64,000 nucleotides of DNA from Camelus ferus (taxonomy: Eukaryota). The notes under the pieces are model-generated. The model was not told where the DNA came from and made no database searches. It was given only the letters and a program-made list of their open reading frames with translations. Within the stretch, counting starts at the first letter, position 1. Each line of letters begins with the position of its first letter. A program made the translations under genes and the position numbers. The DNA lies in assembly GCF_009834535.1 (NCBI RefSeq), contig NC_045697.1:66466001-66530000 (forward strand), written 5' to 3'. Below are positions 11,629 through 24,570 of this stretch, one piece after another.

Positions 11629-12906
11629 GTGTATTAGTTTCCTTTTTGTGCTATAATAAAGTATCACAAAATTAGTGATTTTAAACAGTACAATTTTACT
11701 ACATTTCTAGAGGTCATAAGTTGTTATCTTATGATTTATAATAAGAAATATATATTTGTTCTCTGTCCCCGTTCCTGGCACTGAACTCCTAAAACCCTTG
11801 GAATTTCCTTAGGAGCGCAGTAAAGGTGTCTTATATTAGTAAGGTGACTTTTGGAAAATACCTAAGAAGGGAGGGTCCTAGTTGCCAGGGAGCCAACCAA
11901 GTGATTGGAGGGTTGAAACTTTCAGTCCCACCCCTCTTCACCTCAGCCTCTGAGGAGGGGCTGGAGGGTGAATCCAATCACCAATGGCCAGTGATTTAAT
12001 CAATCCTGCCTATGTCATGAAGCTTCCATAAAACCCCCAAAAAGATGGGGTTAGAGTGTCCAGGTTGGTGAACACAGATTTGGGGAGGGGAGCGTGGGGT
12101 GCCCAGAAAGTATCCTCCATACTCTGCCCTGTTTTTCTCTTCCATCTGGCTGTTCCTGAGTTATATCCTTTTATAATAAACCTGTATGTGATCTAGTAAG
12201 TAAGTTGTTTCTCTGAGTTCTGTGAGCCACTCTAGCAACTTAATTGAACCCAAGGAGAGGATTGTTAGAACCTCCAATCTGTAGCTGGTTGGTCAGACGC
12301 ATAGGTAACAACCTGGACTTGAGTTTGGCATCTAAAGTGGAGGCAGGGGTTCAGTTTTGTAGGACTGAGTCCTTAATCTCTGGAATCTGATGCTGTCCTC
12401 AAGGAGATAGTGTTAGAGTTGAATTGTAGGATATTCATTGGAGAATTGGTTGGTGATGTGGGGAAAAATAAATACATGCATCAGAACGGAAATTGGTATG
12501 ACAACTGTAGGAGTCCAAAATGGATTTCAGAGGGTGAAAAATAAGGGCTCAACAGGGCTGTGTTACACTGCTGGAGGCTCTAGGGAAGACTTAATTTCTT
12601 GCCTTCTCCAGCTTCTGGAGGCTGCCTGTGTTCCTTGCTTCTCCACCCCTTCCAACAATCACAGTGCTGTGATCTGTGCTTCCAGGACCCATCTTCTCTG
12701 ACTCACTCTTTTGCCTTCTTTCATGTGTATGAACCCTTATGGTTATATCAAGCCTACCCTTATAATCCAGGCTAGTCTCTCCATTTCAAAATCCTTAGCT
12801 TAATCACAAAGTCCCTTTGCCATGTTCCTAGGTTCTGAGATACCATGTAACTAGGTTCTGAGGATTAGGATGTGGGCATCTTTAGAGGACCATTATCTGC
12901 CTGACT
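11629..12906 (-). mobile_element. MLT1B/C-type MaLR solo LTR split by an inserted LTR
   Basis: TGTATTAGTTTCC...TTCTAGAGGTCATAAGT (to 11721) resumes at 12511 as GAGTCCAAAAT...GGAGGCTCTAGGGAAGA...CCAGCTTCTGGAGGCTGCC...GAGGATTAGGATGTGGGCATCTTT. Confidence 0.8.
11722..12510 (+). mobile_element. MER21-like ERV solo LTR
   Basis: TG start. CCCGTTCCTGGCAC...CTCCTAAAACCCTTGGAATTTCC, GTGATTGGAGGGTTGAAACTTTCAGTCCCACCCC, TCCTTTTATAATAAAC, CTGAGTTCTGTGAGCCACTCTAGCAA. Confidence 0.8.
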
Positions 12907-12934
12907 CAGCTGCTGTATGGTGCATATACCCAGT

Positions 12935-13168
12935 TGGTAGAGAAAAAATGGTATGAGTTAAATTAGACCTGATTCCTGTTCACTTCTACCGTTTACCAGA
13001 AATACAGTCTTAGGAAAGTTACTTAACTTGTCTAAGCCTCAGTTTCCTCATCTGTTAAATAGGAAGGATATTATCCTACCTCATAATCATGAAGTTTATA
13101 GACAATAGAACATGTTACTGCCCTGTACCTCGTAAGCACTTGAAAATGTTTGATATCATTGTTGTTAG
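12935..13168 (+). mobile_element. MIR SINE
   Basis: Core AAGTTACTTAACTTGTCTAAGCCTCAGTTTCCTCATCTGTTAAATAGG. Confidence 0.85.
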
Positions 13169-14484
13169 CTTCTTTTCCTTGAGCAGACATCCCTGGTAGC
13201 ACTTGAGTCTTTGACTTGGAGATTTTCGGAGGCTTACCATAGTATGCCACTATTTTCTGAAGGATTTTTGTTAACTTAATGTTACGATTTTCATGAAAGA
13301 AAATTGTAAAATACTCAGTAGTAAGTTCAGAAATTATCACTGAGAGTAATACAGACTTTGAAGAAAACAGCTTTCAATTTCAACAAGAATTTAATTTAGG
13401 TACTGGGTGTGCCCTCAGAAATCTTTCAAAAGTACATCACTAAAATTTCAGTGGGTTCAGGATCCCATCAGCCTTGGGTGTTTATGGTCTTTATCAGAAT
13501 CTGCTTTCCTCTCTGAGCCTTGACAGAAATTGCTTCTGGACTCTAACTAGAAATCGTCATGGTATATTTAGGGCTAGCATTGTAAGTTAGACTACGCACA
13601 GCTCGCCCCTAAAACTAAATGTCCATAGAATAAGGCTCGTTTCCTGCTGCTGCTTTCCTAACTGAGTTTTGGAAAATCAGTTTTCCTATAAATTCAAAAC
13701 GAGGTGCCAATGTGCCATAGATATTTTAAAAAGACCCTCAGCAGCTGCCTGAACTTGCCTTCAGGTGAGGTTCTATTACATCCTTTCATCTCCTTTCTCC
13801 TTCTCACTGAAGAGCAGATCTGCCTGCTGCAGGGAGAGCTCTGTTCTCTGCTGACAACTGGCACTGAGGGTCTCCACACACAAACAGGTCTCTGCACATA
13901 TTTTGAAAAACTTGAGTAGAAAACCAATTTGAGAATGGTAGATGCAACTGCCCTCCAGAACACACATGTTCACATACACACAAAGACATACAAACACACA
14001 CTCAGGAATGTAGACAGAATGTCTTGAAGCCCAGTGCAGAAGCGAATTTCCAGAACAAAAATACCTTTGAGGCAATTCCTAGAAGTTCTGAGCTTTGGAC
14101 AAGGATAATTCTTGGCTCACACACCTTTGCTAGAGAGTTAGAAATTGAAAGTACAATTACTGAGTAATGAATTTTTTTCTAATAAACATGCCAGAAATTC
14201 TACATCCAAAGATTGTTAATCATCCATACATTCATTGCACTAACAGGTATTGAGTTCAATAGACACTGTTAAATGACCAGAGTTTTCACCCATGAGAAGT
14301 AAATGTGAAATCCTATGATCACACAGTAACTGTAGCTTGTTGCTTTTACAGAATAGATGATTTCTGAAATATTCTGTGAGCTAATTTTTTTTACAATTAA
14401 GTTGTTACTAATGCCATAAAAGATTTAATCATTTTTAAGCCTTCTTGCAGTAAATCTTTTTGAATAATCAATGTTTTAAAACAG

Positions 14485-14935
14485 TAATTGGAGTAGTATG
14501 GACACAAGGACAGAAAAAGAGGGTCCAGATTCAAATCCATGAACACATGAAAACTGGGTCATTATCAGGTGGCTTTGCAGATCAGCCAGAGGAGGGGGTC
14601 ATCTTTTCAGTACATGATGCTGCTCCTCTTGCTTAGCCATATTTAGGGACAATGGATTTATACTCTATGTGCAAAAATGTATTCCAAGTGTTTAAAGATG
14701 GAAATATGAAAAACAAACCTTCAAATGTGCTAGAATAATATAGACAAAATTTTTATTACTTGGAGGTATCATGAGAGGTTTTAAAATATCACACACATAC
14801 ATAAAGGAAAATATTGATAAATTCTTTTTCCTTAAAATACAAAACCTAGGTTTGTCAAAGACCATTTTTAAAAAGTGAAAAGATAAGCCACAGTCTTGGA
14901 GAAGATATTTGCAAAGCATGAATCAACAAATCAAT
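14485..14935 (+). mobile_element. Old L1ME ORF2 remnant
   Basis: GTAGTATGG.CACAAGGACAGA...GGTCCAGA, AAAATGTATTCCAAGTG.TTAAAGAT, AAAGTGAAAAGATAAGCCACAG.CTTGGAGAAGATATTTGCAA. Confidence 0.7.
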
Positions 14936-15379
14936 TAGGGGAAAACACTATTATACATAGTAGGTATGTTATAGAAAAGAAATATGCATATAATACTATA
15001 AAACTATAAATTTCAGGGCTGAATGTTTTTAAAGGAGGTTATAAATGTTAAAGTTCTCTATAAATTGACTTATATATGAACTAAGTGAAAATTAAATTCT
15101 GTTGATAGGTTCCATTGCACATGAAACATGAATATTACTGAATTGTGGTTACGAAAAGCATTTTATTATGAGATTTAATTCAAGTTTACTACATAGAAAA
15201 AAATCACAAATTTAATAGTTGCTACTAACCACCTACTCGTTTTATTGATGTAAGTTCAGATTATTCCTGTTGACACAGGGCTTCCTCGTCCTTTCCTTCT
15301 CATTAATTTTTAAATACAAGGTTGAACAAAACTGAAGATTTGCAGTACCACAATTTTATCTTTGATAATCATAACTATT

Positions 15380-15545
15380 TTTAATCACTTCTGTGTGTTT
15401 AGCATCGTGCTGAGAACTTTGTATGGATTGTCTTATTTCCTACAGACCTATGAGATAGGTACTATTTTTAACAACCTGTTTTACAGATTTAAAAAATTAA
15501 AACCTGGCAACTATGTAATTTGCTTGCAATTAAACATCTAGTGAG
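15380..15545 (-). mobile_element. MIR SINE
   Basis: CCTATGAGATAGGTACTATT...CCTGTTTTACAGAT. Confidence 0.65.
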
Positions 15546-16958
15546 TTTTATTTTTTAACTGACTTTGGTCTAGAAAGTATAAAAAAAACTCGCATTTATG
15601 GCACTTCTTGGTGACATCTTTAAGTGAATGAACTAAGCAACAGCTGAGTAACACTGCTTTCTCAAAACAATTGTTTGCTCAATTTGATGTGTTCTTTGCA
15701 TAACTGTGGATAGGACAGACCTTTAAATCACACTGGAACGTGTGACCTAAAAAAAATTGAAGTTATAAAAGTAGTATTTTTTAATTTCAAACAGCTAATA
15801 ACTAATGGATGGACTCTAAGGAAAGTTAGTGTTTCAGGTAACTTCTCCGAAAGAGAAGAAACTGGGACGAAAGATAATGGCTTATCCTGCCTGCCCTTGA
15901 CTTCTTCAGGTGAGCGATCAAATTGAGCTCTTTTAACCCTGGGCATTTCAGAAAGGAAGAGAGGCCCACTTAATGTGAGGTACTAGTTAAAGGAGAATGA
16001 AGGAAGCGCTGTGTACCTTCCGTCCTCCATGTAGTCTCCCCTGTACTGAGGTTCAGCTCATACACCCCAAATCGTGGCACCTGTTCTTAAATTGAGATTA
16101 GTTCATGCTGGTTGGAAAACAACTGCCCTGAGGCTCCCCTCCCCATCATCACAGTGCCTTCTGCTACTCAGTTGCCTGACCCCGACCCCATGGACCCCTG
16201 AATCTCCCCACTATCCAGCAACCTAAGGATTAAGGACAGGCAAAGGGAGGGTATACTGCATCCTTGATTCTGAGCTACCATCAGCATCCATTCTGGTCAG
16301 TTGGTACCCATGAATTGTTAAATATGTCAGTTAGCACCTCTGTCCCTCCCATTCTTGATCTTGAATCCTATATTTGGTGATTGGCTCAAAGGACCAAACC
16401 ATGTGTTTTGACTAGGAATTAATCACTATCCGAATAAAGAAATGTTCACAGCTCTCATATATTGCTTCTGCAGTGCCACCAAGATTTCCTTCCTCACTAG
16501 GGTTCCTGTTTCCCACTGGCCCATCTCCATTCAGTACCTCATTTCAGAAGTGGGGCTCTCCCTTCATTGCCTTATTTCTTCCTATGACCCACTCAGAAGT
16601 GGGATCTTTAATATTAGCTCAACTGGTTTATCTTACACAGACATGATTTGCTGATGTAACAAGGGTACATCTTTGTGCTATACAAGACTCACACAGTGCT
16701 GCTTTCACTACTCCTTGTAAGGGGAGAGGATCATAGGCCATGTTACTTGGGAAATTCCTTAGTCTCCTGTCCACATCTGTCATGGTGTAATCATTTTTAC
16801 AGTAAGACAGCTCCATGGTAAAACAAATGAATCATCTCTAACAAAAGAAAAATTATTCTAGAATGAGAGGAGCCACCTCTTGTAGGTGAAACTACATGTT
16901 GAAGGCTCCAATAGGCTCTAATCGTCCCTAATCTCACAAGTGAAAAATGCTCACGTAA

Positions 16959-17354
16959 TGTGATACTTAATTTGTGTCATTTTGGCTAGGCTGTGATGCC
17001 CTGTTTGGTCAAATAACAGTCTAGATGTTGCTGTGAAGGTATTTTTTTTAGATATGATTAACGTTTAAATGCGTAGACTTTGAGTAAACCACCTTCATGA
17101 TGTGGATGGACCTCATCTAATTAGTTGAAGGCCTTATGAGAAAAGACTGAGGTCCCCCTACAGAGGAAAGAATTATGCCTTTAGGCTGCCTTCTGACTCA
17201 AGACTGTAATATCAACTCCTGCCTACTAGTCTGCCCTGCAGATCTGAGTCTTGACAGCCCCCACAATCATGTAAGACAATTCCTTAAAACAAATCTCTCT
17301 CTCCAATATGTCCTATTGGTTCTGTTTCTCTGGAGAACACTGACTGATAATACA
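16959..17354 (+). mobile_element. MLT2D-type ERVL solo LTR
   Basis: TG...CA termini. TCTAGATGTTGCTGTGAAGGTATTT, CCTCATCTAATTAGTTGAAGGCCTT, CCTATTGGTTCTGTTTCTCTGGAGAAC.CTGACT..TAATACA. Confidence 0.85.
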
Positions 17355-18760
17355 CTTAGCATAGAGAAATTTTTTATTAGAAAAAGATGATTGCTTTAAA
17401 AATTAGATTAAAAAATTTTGAAGTATAAAGTGTGATGAACATAATTTTGAGAACATCAATAAGTAGACTTTAATTGTTTATGATGTAGGATGACTTTCCC
17501 TGTCGTAAAGGGCCAGGGCTAAATCTATTTAGCAGCACAAAAAAGCATAAGCTTTGAGGACAGCCTACCACTACTGGACTCCAAGAACTCTGCAATCAGC
17601 AAGAAAACTTGCTGTATATGTTCCTGGTAGCAACTCTGTAGACCCATTCTTTTCTTCTGCACTGGCTCCCAGATACAAATCACCTAAAGATACTGGAGCC
17701 TTTTCCAGACACTCAGTTTTCAGTCCCAGAAAGTCTGAGGGGCACTTATAAAGCATTCTGCTTGAGCTCCAAGAATCAAGCTTCTCTCTTGCACTGATGG
17801 GTCTAGGATTGATATATGAGGGCCAACCACTACACTGCAATGTGTTTCCCATCACTTACCTTCTCATGCTCATATTGTGTTTGGTCAATACTCAATACAG
17901 CCCAGTCTGTGAACATAGTATGCCCCTCCATTTATTTAGAAACCTTTTAAAAGTTTCTCAGTAAAATCTTTGATTTATAAAGTCCCTGTATATCTTGTGT
18001 TACATGTATACCTAGGACCTAAAATATTTATCATTATCATTTATATGATTTTAAGATTACGTTTTCTTGCTAGTGAAAAATGGTAAGATGACTTAGAGTG
18101 TTCTTCTGTTCTTGGAATGGTTTGTGGAAGATAGGATGATTTTCTTTGTTAAATGTTTGGTGGATGTTCTGGTGAAGCCATCTGGGACTAGATGTTTTCT
18201 TTTTTTTTGAAAGTCAATTTGATAATTTGATTTCTTAGCAGTATAGGTTGTTTCAGGTAATCTTGAGTAAATGTTGGTAGGTTACATTATTCCATAAATG
18301 CATTCATTTCATTTATATTTATAGATTATTGGCATAAAGTTGTTAATACCCTTCAGTTTCTTTGTTTGCAGCATATGTGACACTATTCCATTTTTATTTC
18401 TCATAATCTGTAAGTTGTGTCATGTTTCACTTTTGATCACAATCTCACCAGAGGTCTATGACTGTTTAAAGAACAAACTTGTTTGTCTTTATTGAATCTC
18501 TATTATGTACTTGTTGCTATTTAATGGATTTCTGCTCTTGTTTTCATTTTTTCTGTGGCTTTTTGGGGATTTTTTAGCTACTCTTCCTAACTTCTTAAGA
18601 TACACATTTACCTCATTAATTTTTTACAATGTATGTATTTGAAGCCCACTATTTCCTTGTTTTCCTTGTATCTGTGTATATCCACAAAATTTAAAAGTTA
18701 ATGTTGTAATGATTGTTTCATTGAACATACTTTCTCATTTTTTTCCCTGTAAGTGCATTT

Positions 18761-19260
18761 AAAAAAATTGAAGTAGTTAGTTACAACGTGTCAATTTCTG
18801 GTATACAGCACAATGTCCCAGTTGTGCATACATATACATATATTCATTTTCATATTTTTCATTAAAGGTTTTTACAAGATATGGAATATAGTTCCCTGTG
18901 CTACACAGAAATTTGTTTATCTTTATATATAGTGGTTAACATTTGCAATCTTAAACTCCCAAATTTATCCTTTTCTGCCTTCTTTCCCCGGGTAACCATA
19001 AGATTGTTTACTATGTCTGCAAATCTGTTTCCGTTTTGTAGATGAGTTCATTAGTGTCCTCTTTTTCCTTTTTTTTTTTTTTTTTAGATTCCATATATGA
19101 ATGGATATCATTTGGTATTTTTCTTTCTCTTTCTGGCTTACTTCACTTAGAATGACATGACTGGATAAAGAAGGTGTGATATACAGTGGAATACTACTCA
19201 GCCATAAAAATAAAATAATGCCATTTGCAGCAACATGGATGGACCTGGAGATCACCATTA
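18761..19260 (-). mobile_element. Younger camelid-type L1 3' fragment with 5' inversion (twin priming)
   Basis: 3'UTR on the minus strand to 19157. 19158-19252 is the next L1 segment, inverted. TSD TAAGTGCATTT 18750-18760 / TAACTGCATTT 19261-19271. Confidence 0.85.
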
Positions 19261-19280
19261 TAACTGCATTTTTTAAAAAG

Positions 19281-21143
19281 TTAAGATTCTACATATAAGT
19301 GAGGTCATACAGCTTTTATCTTTCACTCTCTGACTTATTTCATCTAGCATAAGGCCCTCAAGGTCCATCTATGTTGTCACAAATAGCAGAATTTCTAATT
19401 TTTTATGGGTGAATAATACTCCTGAGTGTACCATATTTTCTTTATCTATTCATCTATCAATGGACACTTAGATTGTTTTCATCTCTTTGATAAGGTAAAT
19501 ATGCTGCAATAAACATGGAGGTATAGATATCTTTTATATCTTTTCAGGTTAGTGGGTTTTTTCTCCTTCAAATGAATATCCAGAAGTGGGATTGTTAGAT
19601 CACATAGTAGTTCTAATTTCAATTTTTTAAAGAACCTTTATACTGTTTTCCATAGCAGCCATACCATTTTACATTTCCACCAACAGTGTACAAGGGTCTT
19701 GTTTTCTCCACATCGTCAACACTTATTAGGGCTTTCTTTTTGATAATAGACGTTATAACAAGTGTGAGGTGATATTTCATTGTGGCTTGATTTGTATTTC
19801 CCTGATAAGTGTTATGAACTTTTTAATGTATCAGTTGGTGCTCTGTATATCTTACTTAGAAAAATATCTGTTCTCTTCCTCTGCCCATTTTTAAATTGAA
19901 TTGTTGGGTTTTTGCTATTGATTTGCATGAATTTAAATATTTTGGATGTTAACTCCTTATCAGATAAATGATTTTGCAAATATTTTCTCCCATTTGGTAG
20001 GTTGCCCTTTCATTTTGCTGGTTTTCTTTGCTGTGCAGAAGCTTTTTAGTTGGATGTAGTCCCACTTGTTTATTTTTGATTTTATTGCCTTTGCTTTTGG
20101 TGTCAATCTGAAACACATCACCAAGATTGAGGTCAAGGAACTTCTTATGTTTTCTTCTAGGAGTTTTATGGTTTTAGGTCTTACATTTGAGTCTTTAATA
20201 CATTTTGAGTTAGCACACACCATACACAAAAACTAACAATCCAGTTTTGTTCTTTTGCATATGGCTGTCCAGTTTTTCCAACATCATTTATTGAAGAAAC
20301 TGTCCCTTCTCCATTGTATAGTCTTGGCTGCTTTGTGATAAATTGACCATGCATGTGAGTTTACTTCTGGGCTGTCTATTCTGTTCAATTGATCTGAGTG
20401 TTTTTATGCCAATACCGTGTTGTTTTGATTACTACTGCTTTTAATAGTTTGAAGTTTGGAAGCCTGATGCTTCCAGCTTAACTTTTTCAAGATTGCCCTG
20501 GTTATTTGAGGTATGTTGTGGTCCCTTACAACTTATAGGATTTTTCTGATTCTTTGAAAAAATGTTATTGGAATTTTAATAGAGATTGCATTTATGCTTT
20601 AGATTGCTTTGGGTGGTATGGACATTTTAATAATATTCCTTCAATCTATGAGCATAAAATCCTTCCATTTATTTGTGTCATTAATTTCGTACATCAACAT
20701 CTTATAGTTCTCAGTGTACCAGTCTTTTACCTCCTTGGTTACATTTATTTGATAGGTACTTTACTCTCTTTTAAGCAATTGTGAATGGGACTGTTTCCTA
20801 ATTTCTCCTTCTGCTAGTTTGTTATTAGTATATAGAAGTGCAACTCTTTTTTGTATATTGATTTTTGTATCCTACAACTCTACTGAATTCATTTTTACTT
20901 CTAATGTTTTTTTAATGGAGTCTTTAGGGGTTTCTATATATATCATGTCATTTACAAATAGAGACAAGTTTACTTCGTCCTTTCTGATTTGAATACCTTT
21001 TGTTTTTCTTGCCTAATCGCTCTAGCTAGGTCTTCCAACACTATGTTGAATAACAGTGGTGAGAGTAGGCATCCTTGTCTTGTTCTTGATCTTAAAGGAA
21101 AAGCTTTGTGTTTCATTGTTCGGTATGAATAGCTGTTGGCTTG
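19281..21143 (-). mobile_element. L1MA9/artiodactyl-type L1 with decayed ORF2 (RT to C-terminus)
   Basis: Minus-strand translations [35 protein letters not shown] (~21000-21107), LSLFVNDMI (FADD motif mutated, ~20941-20967) and [26 protein letters not shown] (ORF 19960-20229). Many frameshifts. Confidence 0.92.
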
Positions 21144-22728
21144 CAAGTTACTTTCTAATTCAATTTGACACTTAAATCATTTAGAAGTAAATTTCTTGTT
21201 TTCCAAACACTGTAGAATTCTAGTTATCTTTTTGCTATCTATTTCTAGTTTAACTTACATTTTGAGAACCTACTCTATGACTTTAATTAATTGAAATTTG
21301 TCGAGGCTTGCTTTATTGCCAAGATACCCTTAACATTTTTTAATGTGCTGTATTCTTGAAAATAGATATTCAGCAGTTCTTACAACATACACATATAAAT
21401 ATGGTCACCAGATCAAATTTGTTAATCAGGTTTTATAATCTTAACCTTACTACATTTTTGGTCCATTTGTTCTATCAAATTACTCAAGGAGCTCTCATTT
21501 TGATTTTATTTCTCCTTTCAATTCTGTCATTTTGATTTATGCATTTTGAGGCTATATTATGAGGTGCATGCAAATTTGTTATATTTTCCTGGTAAGTTAC
21601 ATATTTTGTCTTTATTAAATTTTCTTCTAGTAATGCTTTCCCCCCACATTAATGTGTAATATAGTTACACTGTCCTGGGGACATTGCTAATATAGAGCTA
21701 TCTTAACTTCTCTGTACAACTCAGGTGGCGTGAACTTGGACTGCAAATCCAGGCAGTGGCTGGTTTACCTATAGTTCAGCTTTATCCTGAAGGTGTGATT
21801 CATTTGCACCCCAGCTACTTGTGGGGAGAACTTCCTATAAATGATTCTTTATCCTGTATGGACCCAAGTCTGATTTCTGTTCCTTTCATCTGACAAGGCC
21901 ATTAAGAAAACATTTGCATATATAAAACTCCTAAAGGAAGAGGCATCAACCATACTACTAAAACTATATAGATGTTGAAGTGCTTTTTATTCTTCTATGC
22001 TATTTAATTAAATTGTGAATTTTATTTGGAAGTAATTAGAAGAATAGCAGACAAAAGCAATGAATATACTTAAATGCTAGTTTTCCAGTTGCAACTACGA
22101 AACAGTCTTTTAATAAAAACATTATTACAGCACTGGCATGTAGTGAGCTCAGGATTCAAATCGAGAGAGCCTGAGTCCAGAGCTTACATGAGACAGCTGG
22201 ATACAAAGAAACATTAATAAAAGTAAGACCTCTCCCTCTTGGTAGTAGAACCTGGCTATATTTCTCTATACCATATGCTCTTGTGAGGACACCTGTCAGA
22301 AAACTGAGATTCCAGTATCCTAACAATAAAGGTCTCCTTAATTGAGCTCTCTGAAATTCAACAAGTCTGATTGAAACAATTCACAAATTTTGTTAGAGAA
22401 ATCTTTCATATTGTCAGTAAATATTTGAATAAAATTATATATTCTCTTTAACATTACACAAATATATCACATAAATTAATGCCATTTTTGATTCACAAAT
22501 TACATTCATATTCTATATAATCTCATTTTCTTTACCTCACAAAGAACACAATGTGTGTTCCCATTCCAACTTTGTTTAAAGAAAATAAACTGTGCATCAT
22601 ATTCTTAGGCTTATATATTCTTAGGTTTCTGTTAAAGAACTTGAAGATTTTCCTAGTTCTTAATTTTATCCAGAATTAAAACATCCTATTTTTAACCCAT
22701 GTCATCTTGCAACAGTTATTTTGCTTAG

Positions 22729-22745
22729 GGTACACAATAGTGCAG
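22729..22745 (+). other. Candidate 17-nt micro-exon (or 72-nt exon from 22674)
   Basis: TTATTTTGCTTAG|GGTACACAATAGTGCAG|GTAAGT with a perfect donor, in repeat-free AT-rich DNA. Confidence 0.25.
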
Positions 22746-23565
22746 GTAAGTATAATATTTAAAATGTTAAATACATTTATTTTCTCATCCATGACTAAGC
22801 CATTTTTATTCAGTAAGTCTGTCCTTTAGAATTTTCTTCTTTTTTTTAATTGTGGGAACTTTAGTACTATTGGCTCTTGATCTAATGCTTGTAAGAGAAT
22901 ATTTAATGGTTGGTGGCAGTTTTATTGCCCCTTAAACATTTAATGGGTTTTCTGCATAATTTCTCAATGTGTTCTTATTTGTTTACTTTTTTACATTTTT
23001 AGTATAAAATTGAAAACTTATGGTATTGAATTTTATGACTTTGGCACAATTCCACCTGCGCAGTTGTAGTATATACTTCCACTATACTCTTATTTCTAGG
23101 GGCTAAAATATGAACTTAAGAGTGCAACATGGCCTTGATCCATAGTTTATATTTAGATGACCATTACAAATTAAAACCTTTTTCTTTTTTAAACTAATAA
23201 GATTATTAAGTTCCTTCTCTTTTAGTTGTCATTTATTATAAACACACTGGCAGAATCTGGAACTAAACTTTATTACAATTTTTTAAAGTTCAACGTAAGT
23301 TTGATCAGCTTTGTTTTACTTGCCTAAGTATGTTCTAATGGAAATGGCACCAGGGTGGAAGTCAGGAAATTCAGGTTCTAGTCATAACAGCGCCGTTCGT
23401 TAGGATGCTCTGTGATTCCGAGCCTCAGTTTGAACGAGGTCAGAGATTTCCAAATTTCTTAAGGCTAACACTATGTTTAAACAAAATCTCACAATATGAA
23501 AATCAGAACACAGCATCTGAAAAAGAGTAGAATAGATTCTTTTTATTGTTACTTTACAATTCTAG

Positions 23566-23691
23566 GATTTACGGTTTACTAGATGAAGCAAATCCTGCCA
23601 GCAACTAAAGAGATTTTTCAATTGTTTGAAATGACTAGTTTGCTCCTCAGGGCTATTAAACTTATCATTTCTGTGCTTGTGTGTTAAGGAG
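23566..23691 (+). other. Candidate 126-nt non-coding exon
   Basis: Acceptor TTGTTACTTTACAATTCTAG, donor GAG|GTAACT. Stops in all frames. Confidence 0.2.
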
Positions 23692-24570
23692 GTAACTTCA
23701 ACTTTCACAGATCATTTATAAAAACTTTCAGTCTGTCCCACGTCATTTCTACTGATGTGTATATTAACAACTTAGTAAAAATAATTTTAAAGAGGCAGCT
23801 TTCAAAAGTCCACAATTTAAATGGAGAAAATACAGAATGAAACTGCAGAGAGCTTTTAATTTGGTATTTAGATTTATATAAAGTAAACAAATGTAAATAT
23901 TTCTGTTCTTAAATTCCATACATGAGAAAGTTCATTGTTGTTTCTTCTGTCTTTTGGGAAATGCTCCGAAGGAAACTGCCTCTCATGGTTGATTTCAGAC
24001 AGGCCATTCTATGAACAATTCAGAACCCACTGTTAAGGGACAGAATGACACTGTTTTACAGAAAAGCTGAGAATGAACATTCACTTTATCTTTTGCTCCC
24101 ACTCCCTGAAGTCTAGTTGTGACCAGCACCCATTCCTGTGATTGGCATTTCTCTTTTGGTGGCCTGGCTCCAGCCTCCACTTGCCCTGGGGCAGAGTTTC
24201 CTTGGGAACAGCCCTCTCCATCCCTTGCAGTTCACCAGGGAAACCTACCCAGGCTCTCACTCATAAACCTCTTTACTCCCCTCTTATTAATTTCATAGCA
24301 AACTTTGTAAATTTTCAGTCCTTATTCGTTTATACTGGTGGTTGCTGATCCTTGCTCTCCACTTTGCTTCGAGTGAAGCTCCACAGGCACAAGCCTTGTT
24401 CCAGCCTCCCTTTCACCCAGGACTCACAATCACTTGATTGTCCTTGACTTGAGCTTGGCCAGAATAGCCCTATTCCTGCCCTGGCTACTCCATACTCAGT
24501 AAAGGAGTCCTCACTGAAGTCCAGTGTACCTTCAAATCTGTACCCCTTGTAATCATGACATGGCTTCTTT

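Larger units (their letters stand above)
17900..21900 (-). mobile_element. Old L1M(E) element, in two pieces (~17900-18750 and ~21145-21900) split by younger L1s
   Basis: Decayed ORF2 antisense text (GGTGAAGCCATCTGGGACT, ATTGGCATAAAGTTGTT, CCACAAAATTT) that resumes after 21145 (ATTTAGAAGT..., TTGAAATTTGTCGAGGC). Confidence 0.65.

Noticed and set aside
15795..15915. ATGGACTCTAAGGAAAGT = MDSKES, like the NR3C1 N-terminus; nearby donors at 15838 and 15910
   Set aside because: A stop follows immediately and there is no further similarity. The exon boundaries are ambiguous.
19960..20229. ORFs with real protein similarity (also 25026-25223, 38474-38665, 38914-39135, 49694-49876)
   Set aside because: All are frameshifted L1 ORF2 remnants, not host genes.
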